This document shows positions 1-9,147 of a DNA stretch of 64,000 nucleotides, piece by piece (within the stretch, counting starts at the first letter, position 1; every line of letters begins with the position of its first letter). The translations under genes were made by a program, and so were the position numbers. The notes under the pieces are model-generated. The model was not told where the DNA came from. It made no database searches and saw nothing but the letters and a program-made list of their open reading frames with translations. Source of the stretch: Polyangiaceae bacterium (GTDB taxonomy: Bacteria > Myxococcota_A > Polyangia > Polyangiales > Polyangiaceae); contig JBNKBE010000016.1 of assembly GCA_050287085.1 (NCBI GenBank), positions 1 to 64,000 on the forward strand, given 5' to 3'.

Positions 1-2
1 AG

Positions 3-245
3 AAAGCCTCGAAGAAGGTGACCAAGAAGACCTCGAAGAAAGCGGCGAAGAAGGTGACCAAGAAGGCCTCGAAGAAAGCGGCGAAGAAGGTGACCAAGAA
101 GGCCGCGAAGAAGGCGGCGAAGAAGGTGACCAAGAAGGCCGCGAAGAAGGCGGCGAAGCAGGTGACCAAGAAGGCCTCGAAGAAAGCGGCGAAGAAGGTG
201 ACCAAGAAGGCCTCGAAGAAGGCGAGCGCTCGCCGAGGGAAGTAG
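3..245 (+). CDS. Histone H1-like Lys/Ala-rich protein, C-terminal part (runs off the 5' edge)
   Basis: Frame is open from position 3. The protein is (KKAAKKVTKKAS)n-type repeats ending at TAG 243-245. Confidence 0.65.
   Translation, partial: KASKKVTKKTSKKAAKKVTKKASKKAAKKVTKKAAKKAAKKVTKKAAKKAAKQVTKKASKKAAKKVTKKASKKASARRGK
12..221. repeat. ~36-bp coding tandem repeat (aagaaggtgaccaagaaggcctcgaagaaagcggcg-like)
   Basis: About six imperfect copies are visible; each encodes a 12-aa unit. Confidence 0.85.
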
Positions 246-498
246 CCGCGTGCGGGCTCGCGGCGCGCGAGTCGGCGGTCCTTCGGTCGTCCGAGGACTC
301 GGGGGTAGGCCTCTATATAGGGGCTCTCCCGGCGTGCCGCTTCGGCCGCTGCTGTCACAGGGTCGCTGTCACAGGGTCGCCCTCGAGCGTAGTCTAGGGT
401 TCACTGGCGGCTTACGTCGTTATCTGTGACGAAGCACGCTAGGCTCGACGGGTCGGCTTCTGTGGTGCGGTACAACTACAGCGCTGGAGCCTAGCGCG

Positions 499-2451
499 TC
501 AGTGGTGGTCGTCGTTGCTTTCGGGGTCTAGGCTGCGAAGAAACGCGATGGCATCCTCAAGCTGGTCCAGCACCGGTGCGGGCGGCAGGGCTGATAAGAG
601 TTGGCGTCCGTAGCCTTTCGTTTGCAGGCGGCTATCGAGGACCGCAACCAGGCCTCGATCGCGTCGACTTCGGATGAGCCGTCCAAAGCCTTGTTGCAAC
701 GTCATCTGTGCCGTTGGCAAGGCGAGTTCGCGAAAGGGGTTTCCACCTTGCTCTTCCAACTCCGCAGCTCGCGCGCTGAAGAGCGGATCGGTAGGCACCG
801 GAAATGGCAACTTGTCGATGATCACCAGCCTCAAAGCCTGCCCCGGAACATCAACCCCTTCCCAGAAGCTCATGGTGGCCAGCAAGACGGCGTTGCTCGC
901 CTCGCGGAAGGCTTCCAGCAAGACGTGTTTGGGGGCCTCACCTTGGACGAGCAGGGGGTGAGCGCAGTCCGCAAGTCCGGCGTGAAAGGTTCGCAGCATG
1001 CTGAAGGACGTCACTAGTACGAACGCGCCGCCGGCCGCAGCGTCCAGCAGCGCTCGAACCTCGTGTATCGCAGCCTCCCCGTACGCGGAGGAGGCGGGCG
1101 ACGGCAGGTGTCGTGGGGCGTAAAGGCGCGCATGGGTCTTGTAGTCAAATGGAGAGTCCACCACCAATTCGGCAATCTCCGACGGACTGGCTTGGGCTCC
1201 GAGACGGGTCTTGAAGAAGTGGAACGGCGTCTCGCCCTCGCCGCCGCGCAGTGTTGCGCTTGTGAACACAAGGGTGGGCACCTGCTGAAATAATCGTTCA
1301 CTCAAGATGGGGGCCAGGGCGACAGGGGTGGAACACAGTGCCGGGCCGCCATCGCGCTCGATCCACGTGACACAACCGTTGGCCCCCTCCACCAGTGAGG
1401 TGAGCTCGTCTCTGAGCTGTCGGGCGCGCCTGGCGAGATTGCGGAGCGCTTCCGTCTCCGCGGTGTTTGGGTATTCCTCTGAGGACGGGACCGCCGCACT
1501 CAGCTCGAGATGTTCGAAACTGGCGTCTACGTCGAGGTAGCGTTGATAACACGCGCCTTGCCAGTGATCCGGACCGAGCAGCAGGCGCGGCTCTCGCCCC
1601 ATCAGCGTGAGCAGGCACTCAAAGAGTTGAGCTGCCGCGTTTTCGGCGCGCTCGACATGTCTTGAGCTGAGCAGTCCACGGGAGGGGAGCCATCGCTTCG
1701 CGTCCTCAGCCAGCAGCGACAATTTGCGCAGGCTCACGCGGCTACCAAAAAACGGGGCGGCGATATCCTCCACCCGGTGGGCTTCATCGAATATCACCGC
1801 GTCGTAGGGAGGGAGTACGTGACCGGGATGGGGTCCGCGAAGAGCGAGATCGGCGAAGAAGAGGTGGTGGTTTACGATCACCACTTGGGCCGCTTCCGCA
1901 CGGCGCTTGGCCCAGGTCACGAAGCACCGGTCGTAGTGCTCACAGCGCGCGCCGAGCCGCGTGTCGGTGGAGGCCGCTACGAGCTCCGCGACGCGCTCTC
2001 CGCCGGTGCCATCCATGAGCTCCGATAGGTCGCCGGTTTCGCTTTCATCCACGAATTGGCGCAGCGCGCGGTAGCTTTGGCTGACGCGCGCGCTGTCGAC
2101 GTCAGCGAAGCGTCGCCGGCACACATAGTTGCCAACCTCTTTGAGTACCGCCGCCGAAGTCGGGCGGCCGAGCGCGCGCTCGGCCAGTGGTATGTCCTTG
2201 TTCAGCAGCTGGTCTTGGAGCGCTCGCGTGGCCGTGGAGATCACCACGCGCCGTCCGCTCAAAATTGCTGGGATCAGATAGGCTAGGGTCTTGCCCGTGC
2301 CCGTTCCCGCTTCGCAGATGAGGACACCGTCCGTTGCCAGAGCGCGCTCGACCGCGGCGGCCATCGTCAACTGCCCGGGCCGCGACTCGTAGCCCGGAAC
2401 CAATTCCTGCAGTCTGCCCCCGGGGCCGAGGATTGTCGCAGCGTCGGTCAT
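499..2451 (-). CDS. dinG: ATP-dependent DNA helicase, DinG/YoaA family
   Basis: Q motif (RPGQ), Walker A EAGTGTGKT, DEAH box, SFWEGVDVPG, IDKLPF, QGFGRLIR. Start placed at ATG 2451 (MTDAAT). Confidence 0.93.
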   Translation of the reverse strand: MTDAATILGPGGRLQELVPGYESRPGQLTMAAAVERALATDGVLICEAGTGTGKTLAYLIPAILSGRRVVISTATRALQDQLLNKDIPLAERALGRPTSAAVLKEVGNYVCRRRFADVDSARVSQSYRALRQFVDESETGDLSELMDGTGGERVAELVAASTDTRLGARCEHYDRCFVTWAKRRAEAAQVVIVNHHLFFADLALRGPHPGHVLPPYDAVIFDEAHRVEDIAAPFFGSRVSLRKLSLLAEDAKRWLPSRGLLSSRHVERAENAAAQLFECLLTLMGREPRLLLGPDHWQGACYQRYLDVDASFEHLELSAAVPSSEEYPNTAETEALRNLARRARQLRDELTSLVEGANGCVTWIERDGGPALCSTPVALAPILSERLFQQVPTLVFTSATLRGGEGETPFHFFKTRLGAQASPSEIAELVVDSPFDYKTHARLYAPRHLPSPASSAYGEAAIHEVRALLDAAAGGAFVLVTSFSMLRTFHAGLADCAHPLLVQGEAPKHVLLEAFREASNAVLLATMSFWEGVDVPGQALRLVIIDKLPFPVPTDPLFSARAAELEEQGGNPFRELALPTAQMTLQQGFGRLIRSRRDRGLVAVLDSRLQTKGYGRQLLSALPPAPVLDQLEDAIAFLRSLDPESNDDHH

Positions 2452-2744
2452 CGGGCCTTTGGACTCTCCGCGGACCTGCTTTCCCGGATTGAGGGCCCGC
2501 AGGGAAGGCGAGGCGCTGGCGGGTGAGCCTGCTGCCAAAGCAGGCGCGAGATGTGATACATTCGTATTGAAAGTCCGATAGTTAGAGTCGTCGAAAGGCG
2601 CCGTCTCGAGGGCCTGATAGGGGTAGGGCTTCGGGTTTTGGGCGGCTGCGGCTCAGGCCCTCGTTTACCACGAAAGTCCGGCGTGTTATGTGCGGCGACC
2701 TTATCTGGTGTGCGCAGAGGGCGCGCGTTTTAGGGTTCGACGAC

Positions 2745-4451
2745 ATGCTGACACAGTTTCGGGAAAACGGATTGCTCAAAGGCCTCATGGGGGTCGTGGT
2801 CGTGTTGATCATAGCCGCCTTTGCTTTTACCGGTGGCGGCCCCATGCAAAGTGCCGAGCCTTCGCTGTGTGCTGTCGAGGTGGAGGGCAAATGCGTCGAG
2901 GTCGGGGACTACAACGCGTTGGTGCGGCTTATCGCTCCGCCTGGGGCGAGCAATAAGCAGCTCGCCAAGATGGGGTTTACGAAGTTCGCCATCGAAGCCC
3001 TCGTTGAGCGTGAGCTGTTGCTGAAAGAAGCCCGGCGGCTAGGCGTTGCGATCAGCGACGATGACGTGGACGACGAGCTTGCTGCGGGCCGAGTTCACTT
3101 TTCCTGGCCAGTAGACGCGCCCATTCCGCGGGCGCTCGCCGCCGGTCAACCCTTTCCGAAGCTCGGAGCGAACGAAGCCGTCGTTCAGTTGAACTTCAGC
3201 GATCCCAGCAGCGGAGCATTCGACTTCAAGAAGTATCAGCGTCAGGTTCAGCGCCTCACGCGCATGTCCAACAAGGACTTCAAGCGCAGTCAGAGGGAGG
3301 AGCTTGTCGCGGCGCGGGTTCGACGGATGGTCGCGGCCCCCGTCACTGTGTCGGAAGCAGAGGTCTTTGCCGAGTTCGAACGACAGAAGAGCTCCGCCAC
3401 GACCCGAACCGTTGAGGCCGATGCAGCGTGGTTTTCACGCTTTGGCGAGGCGATAAGCGATACGGTAGCGACGGACTATCTGGACAAGCATAAGGAAGCG
3501 ATCGACAAGGCTTACGAGGTCGCAAAAGCCAACTGGCAGGCGGGGTGTATCCTCGCAAGCGAGGTGTTCTTCAAGTACCCTGCCGGCGCCAGCGAAGAGG
3601 ACAAAGGCGCGGCCAAGACTCAGCTGGCAGAGGCTTCGGCGGAGCTCACTTCGGGGGGGCCCTTCGGCAGCGTCGCGCGGCTACACAGCGATGCAGAGTC
3701 GGCGCTTGTGGACGGCTTCATCGGTTGTGTCGTCAAAGGCAATACGCCTGCCCACGAGGCGGGCATCGAAGCCCTGGGCAAGTTGAGTCAGGGGCAATGG
3801 GCGACCGTGGACGCCCCCGACGGTTTGCGATTGCTGCGGCACGAGGGCACGCTTGCTGACGACCAGGTGGAGGCACGAGCGCGGCTGGAGATCGCTCGTC
3901 GCTTGGCCGCCGTCGATGCGGGCCGGGAGCGCGCAAAGGCTTTTGCCACGGAGCTCATCGCGGCCGGAAAAGCCGGACAAGAGTTGAAGGCTGCAACGGA
4001 AGCGTTGCGACAGCGTTATGCGCTCATCACCATGCCAGCTGGGTTGCAGAAGGCTGCGCTAGAGACAGCGGCGAGTCACAAACTCGCACCCAGCATGGAG
4101 ATCAGCCGTACCTTCACGCGGGCGAGCAGTCCAATCTTTGGGGTCAAGGACAGCGTCAACGTGGCCGAGCTCGTATTTGCTCTGGCCAAGCCCGACGACA
4201 TGGTGGAACAAGCGATTGAGACGCACAGCGGATTTGCCGTCCTGCAGCTCAAGGAAAAGTCGCTTGCAACCCAGGCGCAGTTTGAAGAGAAGAAGGCAGA
4301 CCTGATGATGGAGTTGCAGCAGTTCAAGCGCGCCGATGCCCTTGCGCGATACGTTGAGCGCCTGCGCAAGAACGTGAAGGATGTCCGAGTCAGTCCCGAG
4401 TTTGATGGCAATCAGGCTGCTTTGGATGGCGACGAGGAAAACTCGGGCTAA
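2745..4451 (+). CDS. SurA N-terminal domain / PpiD-like periplasmic chaperone (peptidyl-prolyl isomerase family)
   Basis: N-terminal TM (GLMGVVVVLIIAAFAF), LVERELLLKEARRLGVAISDDDV, VTVSEAEV, and a degenerate parvulin segment (FGSVARLHSD...DGFIG). Confidence 0.8.
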   Translation: MLTQFRENGLLKGLMGVVVVLIIAAFAFTGGGPMQSAEPSLCAVEVEGKCVEVGDYNALVRLIAPPGASNKQLAKMGFTKFAIEALVERELLLKEARRLGVAISDDDVDDELAAGRVHFSWPVDAPIPRALAAGQPFPKLGANEAVVQLNFSDPSSGAFDFKKYQRQVQRLTRMSNKDFKRSQREELVAARVRRMVAAPVTVSEAEVFAEFERQKSSATTRTVEADAAWFSRFGEAISDTVATDYLDKHKEAIDKAYEVAKANWQAGCILASEVFFKYPAGASEEDKGAAKTQLAEASAELTSGGPFGSVARLHSDAESALVDGFIGCVVKGNTPAHEAGIEALGKLSQGQWATVDAPDGLRLLRHEGTLADDQVEARARLEIARRLAAVDAGRERAKAFATELIAAGKAGQELKAATEALRQRYALITMPAGLQKAALETAASHKLAPSMEISRTFTRASSPIFGVKDSVNVAELVFALAKPDDMVEQAIETHSGFAVLQLKEKSLATQAQFEEKKADLMMELQQFKRADALARYVERLRKNVKDVRVSPEFDGNQAALDGDEENSG

Positions 4452-4532
4452 GGACTCGGTAGGCGATCGGCAACAAAGCGCAGGCGGACCGCTTTTGCTG
4501 TCGCTCGCTGGAGCCGTTGTGGCCACAAGGGC

Positions 4533-5816
4533 ATGACTACCAGGATTGAGCACGCAACGACTCGCGGAGACGGAGGTCTCCGCATGCAGGCGTTGCGTCT
4601 GCCACACCTGCGGAGTTCCGTTCTATCGTTGCAGCTAAACGTTGGCTCTCGTTTCGAGTCTCCGAGCGACAACGGACTCAGTCACTTTCTAGAGCATATG
4701 CTCTATCGCGGCGTGCCGCGATACCCCACGGCGCATGAACTGGCGCGTGCTTTCGAGAGCCGAGGTGGAACCCTAGCCGCGTCGACGTCGGTAGACACCG
4801 GCGTGATGGCGATTCGCGTGCCCGTTCAGAGTCTAATGCCCGTGGCTGAATTGCTTCGGGAAGTGATCGATGCTCCGACGTTTTCCGGCATCGAGGTCGA
4901 GCGCGGCATCGTGGCCGAAGAGATCTTGGAGGGGTTGGACGATCGCGGGCAGAGCATCGATCCAGACAATGAAATCCGCTCGTTGGTCTTCGCAGAGCAC
5001 GCCCTCGGCATGCCCATTACGGGTACGGCCGAGCACGTTCAGGGGTTCACGCGCGCTTCGCTGCGGAGCCATCTCGAGCGTTACTACAGCGCGGATAACA
5101 TGGTGGCCACGGTCGTCAGTCCCTTGCCAACGGACGTGGTCCTCGGAGACCTGCATCGCGCTTTTGGTGGGCTTCGGCGGGGTGATATCCCGGTAAGCTC
5201 AGCCCCAGGTGACGCCGTCGGCCCGCGCTTTCATTCCGTGCGTCACAGCTCGAGCCAGACCGACCTGCGAGTTGGCTTTCGTGCGCCGGCCTATCGCAGC
5301 GCGGACGAACCCGTCATGGAGGTCATTGTCCGTCTGCTCGACGATGGGATGTCGACGCGGCTGTATCACCGGATATGTGATGAGCGGGGCCTCTGCTACG
5401 ACGTTTCGGCCGGGTACGAAACGTACGTGGATTGTGGCCTGGTCGAGTTCAGCGCTGGCTCCGTGCACGAGCGTGCGCCCGACGTCTTGGAACAGATCCT
5501 CCTGCTGTTGTCGGAACTGACCCAGGAGCGCGTGGGGGATGAAGAGCTACGGCTCGTGCAACAACGTCATGCCTGGCAGTTCGACCAGATGCAGGATGAT
5601 GCAGAAGCCGTCTCCGAGTACTACGGCGTTGAGTTGCTGACTGGCGAAGTGCGCCTGCCTGCAGCCCGGCAGGCTCAAATCGACGGAGTGACTGCGGAGG
5701 ATATCCAGCGCGTCGCACGCCGGTGGTTTAGGGCTGACAATCTCCACGTTGTTGTGGTGGGCGCCATGAAACGTTCAGAGCTGGCTCGCTGCGAGCGTCT
5801 GGCGCGCGCGTTCTGA
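4533..5816 (+). CDS. M16 family zinc metallopeptidase
   Basis: GSRFE...GLSHFLEHM inverted zinc motif (HxxEH); C-terminal STRLY..I..ERGLCY. Confidence 0.93.
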   Translation: MTTRIEHATTRGDGGLRMQALRLPHLRSSVLSLQLNVGSRFESPSDNGLSHFLEHMLYRGVPRYPTAHELARAFESRGGTLAASTSVDTGVMAIRVPVQSLMPVAELLREVIDAPTFSGIEVERGIVAEEILEGLDDRGQSIDPDNEIRSLVFAEHALGMPITGTAEHVQGFTRASLRSHLERYYSADNMVATVVSPLPTDVVLGDLHRAFGGLRRGDIPVSSAPGDAVGPRFHSVRHSSSQTDLRVGFRAPAYRSADEPVMEVIVRLLDDGMSTRLYHRICDERGLCYDVSAGYETYVDCGLVEFSAGSVHERAPDVLEQILLLLSELTQERVGDEELRLVQQRHAWQFDQMQDDAEAVSEYYGVELLTGEVRLPAARQAQIDGVTAEDIQRVARRWFRADNLHVVVVGAMKRSELARCERLARAF

Positions 5817-5848
5817 GCATTCTCGAGGGGCGTGGCCCACGAAAGGGG

Positions 5849-6577
5849 TCACCACGGGGATGGAACTCGACCCGCTGGGGTTCTCACGCCCTGGGCCGAG
5901 AGCGAAGGCAAGAGGACCTCTTCAATCACCGCTACGCTTTCGAGCAATGACTTCGGACTTGGCGGCCGTTCACGGGCGGGCGCGGGGATATTCGCGTGAG
6001 TCGCTTTCCGGTCTCCGCTGGCCTGGCTCTTGTCGCCAAGCGCTCCCTCTTGCGCTCGAAAGCGCAGGGCAAAACACTCCCGCAAGCTGAAGCCGATCGC
6101 CAGTAGCTCGACTTGCGCGTGGTTTCGGGTGGCCGAGGAGCGGCGCAGCCAATGACCACGAAAGCGTCCTGCGATGGTGCTCTCAGGTTGTCCTTCGAAT
6201 TCCTCTGGCCTCAGTCGGAAACGTGGGTTGCTGCGCTGCGCTTCGAGCGCGCAATCGGTTGCGTCCACCAGCTGCCCTGCGTTCCATCGCTTGAGCTCCA
6301 GGTCACTCCCCGACTCGCGGTGGCGTGCGCCCCACCAGCTGCCGTAGGACGTGTTCCGCCAGCGCTTGGCTTCAGGAAGAGCAAAGCTCAGACGCTGAGC
6401 TCGGAGCACCACGGAGCGTACTTCGTAGGCTGAGAGCGCTCGCAGGGGCGGGGGCGGCGGGCGGCTGTGTGCGGGCCGATTGGGTCCTGGGGCCTGGCTA
6501 CCGCAGCCGCCGCTCCAGCCAGCGACGAGACCAACCCAAACGATGACGCGCCACCCTCGCACCCAAGAACACAACAT
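5849..6577 (-). CDS. Hypothetical lipoprotein
   Basis: Hydrophobic N-terminus ending SGGC followed by a Pro-rich linker. It fills the gap convergent with the peptidase. Confidence 0.5.
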   Translation of the reverse strand: MLCSWVRGWRVIVWVGLVAGWSGGCGSQAPGPNRPAHSRPPPPPLRALSAYEVRSVVLRAQRLSFALPEAKRWRNTSYGSWWGARHRESGSDLELKRWNAGQLVDATDCALEAQRSNPRFRLRPEEFEGQPESTIAGRFRGHWLRRSSATRNHAQVELLAIGFSLRECFALRFRAQEGALGDKSQASGDRKATHANIPAPARERPPSPKSLLESVAVIEEVLLPSLSAQGVRTPAGRVPSPW

Positions 6578-6685
6578 CGGCTATAGCCCACGACTCCCCT
6601 TCTTGGCCAGCTGCGACCACCCCCTGGCTTCCTGGGGCCGTCACTTTTTTCTTGGCGCCTGTCCCGACGGTCATGCTATGTGTTC

Positions 6686-7435
6686 GTGAGCTGTCGAGCT
6701 CGACCTGACCTATGGTGGGGAGCGTTCTGCGGGATAGTGGGCTTGGAGGCCCCCCGCGATGCTTAACATAGCTGGTAAGTCCCGCCTGGTTGTTCGAACC
6801 GCAGGGTTTATGAGAACTGCAGGGCTTGTCAGAACTGCAGGTTGCTAGAGCCGCAGGTTGTTAGAAGTACGGTCTGACCCAATTTGGGGTGACCGAGTGG
6901 GATTGACCGAAATAGGGCTGATTGGAAATGGGGCAAGGGTTGCCTCTGCCGTTTCTGCCGGTGTCATCTCAAGCCCGGAGTTGATGGTGAAGGCACCGAC
7001 AACGTTCACCACTGAGGTTAGGCGATTTTGCGTAGATCTCGCACCCAAGAAGCCTGACCAGTCAAAGAAGTCGGAAATTCGGCAGGCAGAGCATGCGGCT
7101 CTTTTCGTTGAGAGAAATCATCACCGGGTAGAACTCACAATGGGTTGAGCCAGCCACCGCGGCGACGGTCTCGGAGGCATGTGGACTTGGGGCAAGGGTA
7201 GAGCCGGCTGCGCGCACCGTATTCTCACCGGCGCCCTTTGACCTGGTTCAGCGAAGCTAGAGGAATAGACTCAACCCACCAGTTTGTAACAAACCAGTTA
7301 ATGACGGCAGCCTTTCGTCGTTTTACGCAAACGAGGTACTGCCTGCAAAAAGCTTGATGGGGCTCGGTCCGGGGCGGGACCCGAGCGGCGCGGGTCCCGC
7401 TGGCGTGACTCGCTCCTTTTCGACGAGTTCAGCTA
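6686..7435 (+). ncRNA. Candidate large structured non-coding RNA (family unknown; strand and ends tentative)
   Basis: No credible CDS and visibly lower GC than flanking genes. Nested long-range helices: 6696-6702/7424-7430, 6717-6724/7411-7418, 6729-6735/7394-7400, 6779-6786/7373-7380, 7141-7149/7270-7278, plus many local hairpins. G-U pairs fit the + strand. Confidence 0.45.
6796..6866. repeat. Four short direct repeats GARCYGCAGG with 18/18/16/16-nt spacing
   Basis: Copies start at 6796, 6814, 6832 and 6848. Confidence 0.75.
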
Positions 7436-7598
7436 GCAGCAAGGGCAGATGGCACAGGCCCACTAGAGCAAGCATGTATCCCAGTCGGGTTGGCGGTTGT
7501 AGGCCCCTCTCGGGCTCCAAAAGGCGAGCGAACGACGTCGTGCTGTGAAACTTAGCCCCTCGGGGCACCTACAAGATCGAGGATATTCAGGAAGCTAC

Positions 7599-8201
7599 AT
7601 GGACGGACAGCGTCAACGAGTTGGCGGTCGTAGAAACCGCAAGAAAAAGAAGAGGGCAGAGCCAAAGGCACGGGCGGAACCCGTCACCATCGTGGCTCGC
7701 CGACCCGATTCCCCTCGCATGCTAAAGGTGTCCCGTCGCGGGATAGCGGCCTCGGCCCAGCCAAAGCGTGCACAACAGGATAACCCAGATGAAGTGGCGG
7801 ATGCCGGCATCAAGCTGGAGCCGGAACGTCGGCGTCGTGCGGCGCGTATCCTGGAAACCAAAGCGAGTCCTCTCACGGAAGATGAGTTGCGACAGGAGCG
7901 CCTCGTCGAACGCCTTCGCCTGAGCGAGGGGCGGGCGGCCATCACCGCCGCAGCCAATGCACTGACCGAGAGCGGGATTCAGTTTCCGGAGCAGCAGGAT
8001 GTTCAACTGCAATTGCTCGAGCACACCGACGAGAATCATGCGAGTCAAGCGATCGCCGTCATGCGTCGACTCCTCGAGGAGCAAGAGCCGATCAAGCGTC
8101 CGATTCTAGATCAGCGCTTGCGGCGTCTCGAGGACGAGGCTGAGGACACCGAGGTGCGGCAACAGGCGGCTGAACTGCGTCGCTACATTCGCGTGGCCTG
8201 A
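7599..8201 (+). CDS. Hypothetical protein (basic N-terminus, helical C-terminal domain)
   Basis: ATG 7599 follows AGGAAG. Its stop overlaps the next start (TGATG). Confidence 0.75.
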   Translation: MDGQRQRVGGRRNRKKKKRAEPKARAEPVTIVARRPDSPRMLKVSRRGIAASAQPKRAQQDNPDEVADAGIKLEPERRRRAARILETKASPLTEDELRQERLVERLRLSEGRAAITAAANALTESGIQFPEQQDVQLQLLEHTDENHASQAIAVMRRLLEEQEPIKRPILDQRLRRLEDEAEDTEVRQQAAELRRYIRVA

Positions 8202-8623
8202 TGACGCTGTCTGCTGCGGAGTTCGAGCGTGAGTTGGCCCTGCTGCAGCGGAGTCTGGACGGCGAACTCAACCATGGTTGTGTTCAGTGTCGAGACTGTC
8301 GTGGGTGTGTACGTTGCACCTTCTGCACGTATTCAGAGGGGCTTGTCGCATGTCACTACTGCGTGCAAGTGACGCGTTCTAGCGACAGCTCCCACTGCCG
8401 CGAGAGCTCAAGACTGATCGGTTGTCAGCACTGTGTTCAATCACAGGACTGCCTGGACAGCAGTTATCTCGTCCTGTGCAGAGGACTTAGCAAGTGCACG
8501 TATTGCTTCGGTTGCGTGGGGTTATCGGGCAAGGACTTCTGCGTGTTGAACAAGGCCTACAGTCGACAGGACTATTTCGCGTTGACTCGCGCGCTTTCGC
8601 GCGAGCTGCGATTGGAGATGTAG
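8201..8623 (+). CDS. Cys-rich repeat protein (CxxC periodicity)
   Basis: 17 Cys in 140 aa, often every third residue, with C-terminal CTYCFGCVGL...F.VLN..Y. Translationally coupled to the upstream gene. Confidence 0.75.
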   Translation: MTLSAAEFERELALLQRSLDGELNHGCVQCRDCRGCVRCTFCTYSEGLVACHYCVQVTRSSDSSHCRESSRLIGCQHCVQSQDCLDSSYLVLCRGLSKCTYCFGCVGLSGKDFCVLNKAYSRQDYFALTRALSRELRLEM

Positions 8624-8633
8624 GCGGAGTCCG

Positions 8634-8981
8634 GTGTCACCAGGGCAGGACACCGCGCGTGAACGACGGGAGGCGCTCGACTTGCTTTGGGCCCACGTCG
8701 AGCAGCATTGGGAAGAGCCCTCCGCTCACCAGGCGCTGCTTTCGCAGTGCAACAATCCGTCGGCGCTCTCGCACGTAGCTCGTCTCTATCGAGCCGCCCA
8801 GGCGGAACCGGAGAGGCGTGCCGTAGCCGAGCGCCAGCTGAAGGCGGTCTCTCTGCTGGCGTTTGCGCAGCTGCAACACGGGCCTCGACCCGCGCCAGGA
8901 AGGCCTATGAAGCGGTTCCTCGGGTTGTGGTTCGTCTTCTGCGTTCTGTTTGCGGCTATGCTCTTTCTCGCGCTGCGTTAG
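8634..8981 (+). CDS. Hypothetical protein with C-terminal TM helix
   Basis: RBS-like GGAG before GTG; C-terminal FLGLWFVFCVLFAAMLFLAL. Confidence 0.65.
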   Translation: MSPGQDTARERREALDLLWAHVEQHWEEPSAHQALLSQCNNPSALSHVARLYRAAQAEPERRAVAERQLKAVSLLAFAQLQHGPRPAPGRPMKRFLGLWFVFCVLFAAMLFLALR

Positions 8982-9147
8982 CCTGCGGAGTATAGACTAG
9001 GTCGGTCGTACGGTGTAACGTGTAACACTCGCTGGGCCGCATTCGTTCGAGGAATGCCTGAAACGCGCCCGTTGTTTCTCTGTCGGTGCGTTTTCTAGTA
9101 TGCGAAGGCATCCGCGCGCAGTTGCGCCGCGTACAGGAGGACAGTCA

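Noticed and set aside
351..378. 14-bp direct repeat gctgtcacagggtc x2
   Set aside because: Only two copies between convergent genes; most likely a simple duplication.
2569..2680. GAAAGTCCG resembling RNase P conserved region I
   Set aside because: The intergenic space is too short and the other RNase P elements are absent.
6858..7148. 96-aa ORF, and other short ORFs in 6480-7568
   Set aside because: No RBS or recognisable motif and atypical composition for this genome. Small peptides cannot be fully excluded.
6686..7435. RNase P RNA, tmRNA or group II intron identity for the structured region
   Set aside because: No GAGGAAAGTCC or terminal RNase P motif and no tRNA-like ends. The GAGCCG at ~7201 lacks a proper domain V hairpin, and there is no RT gene.
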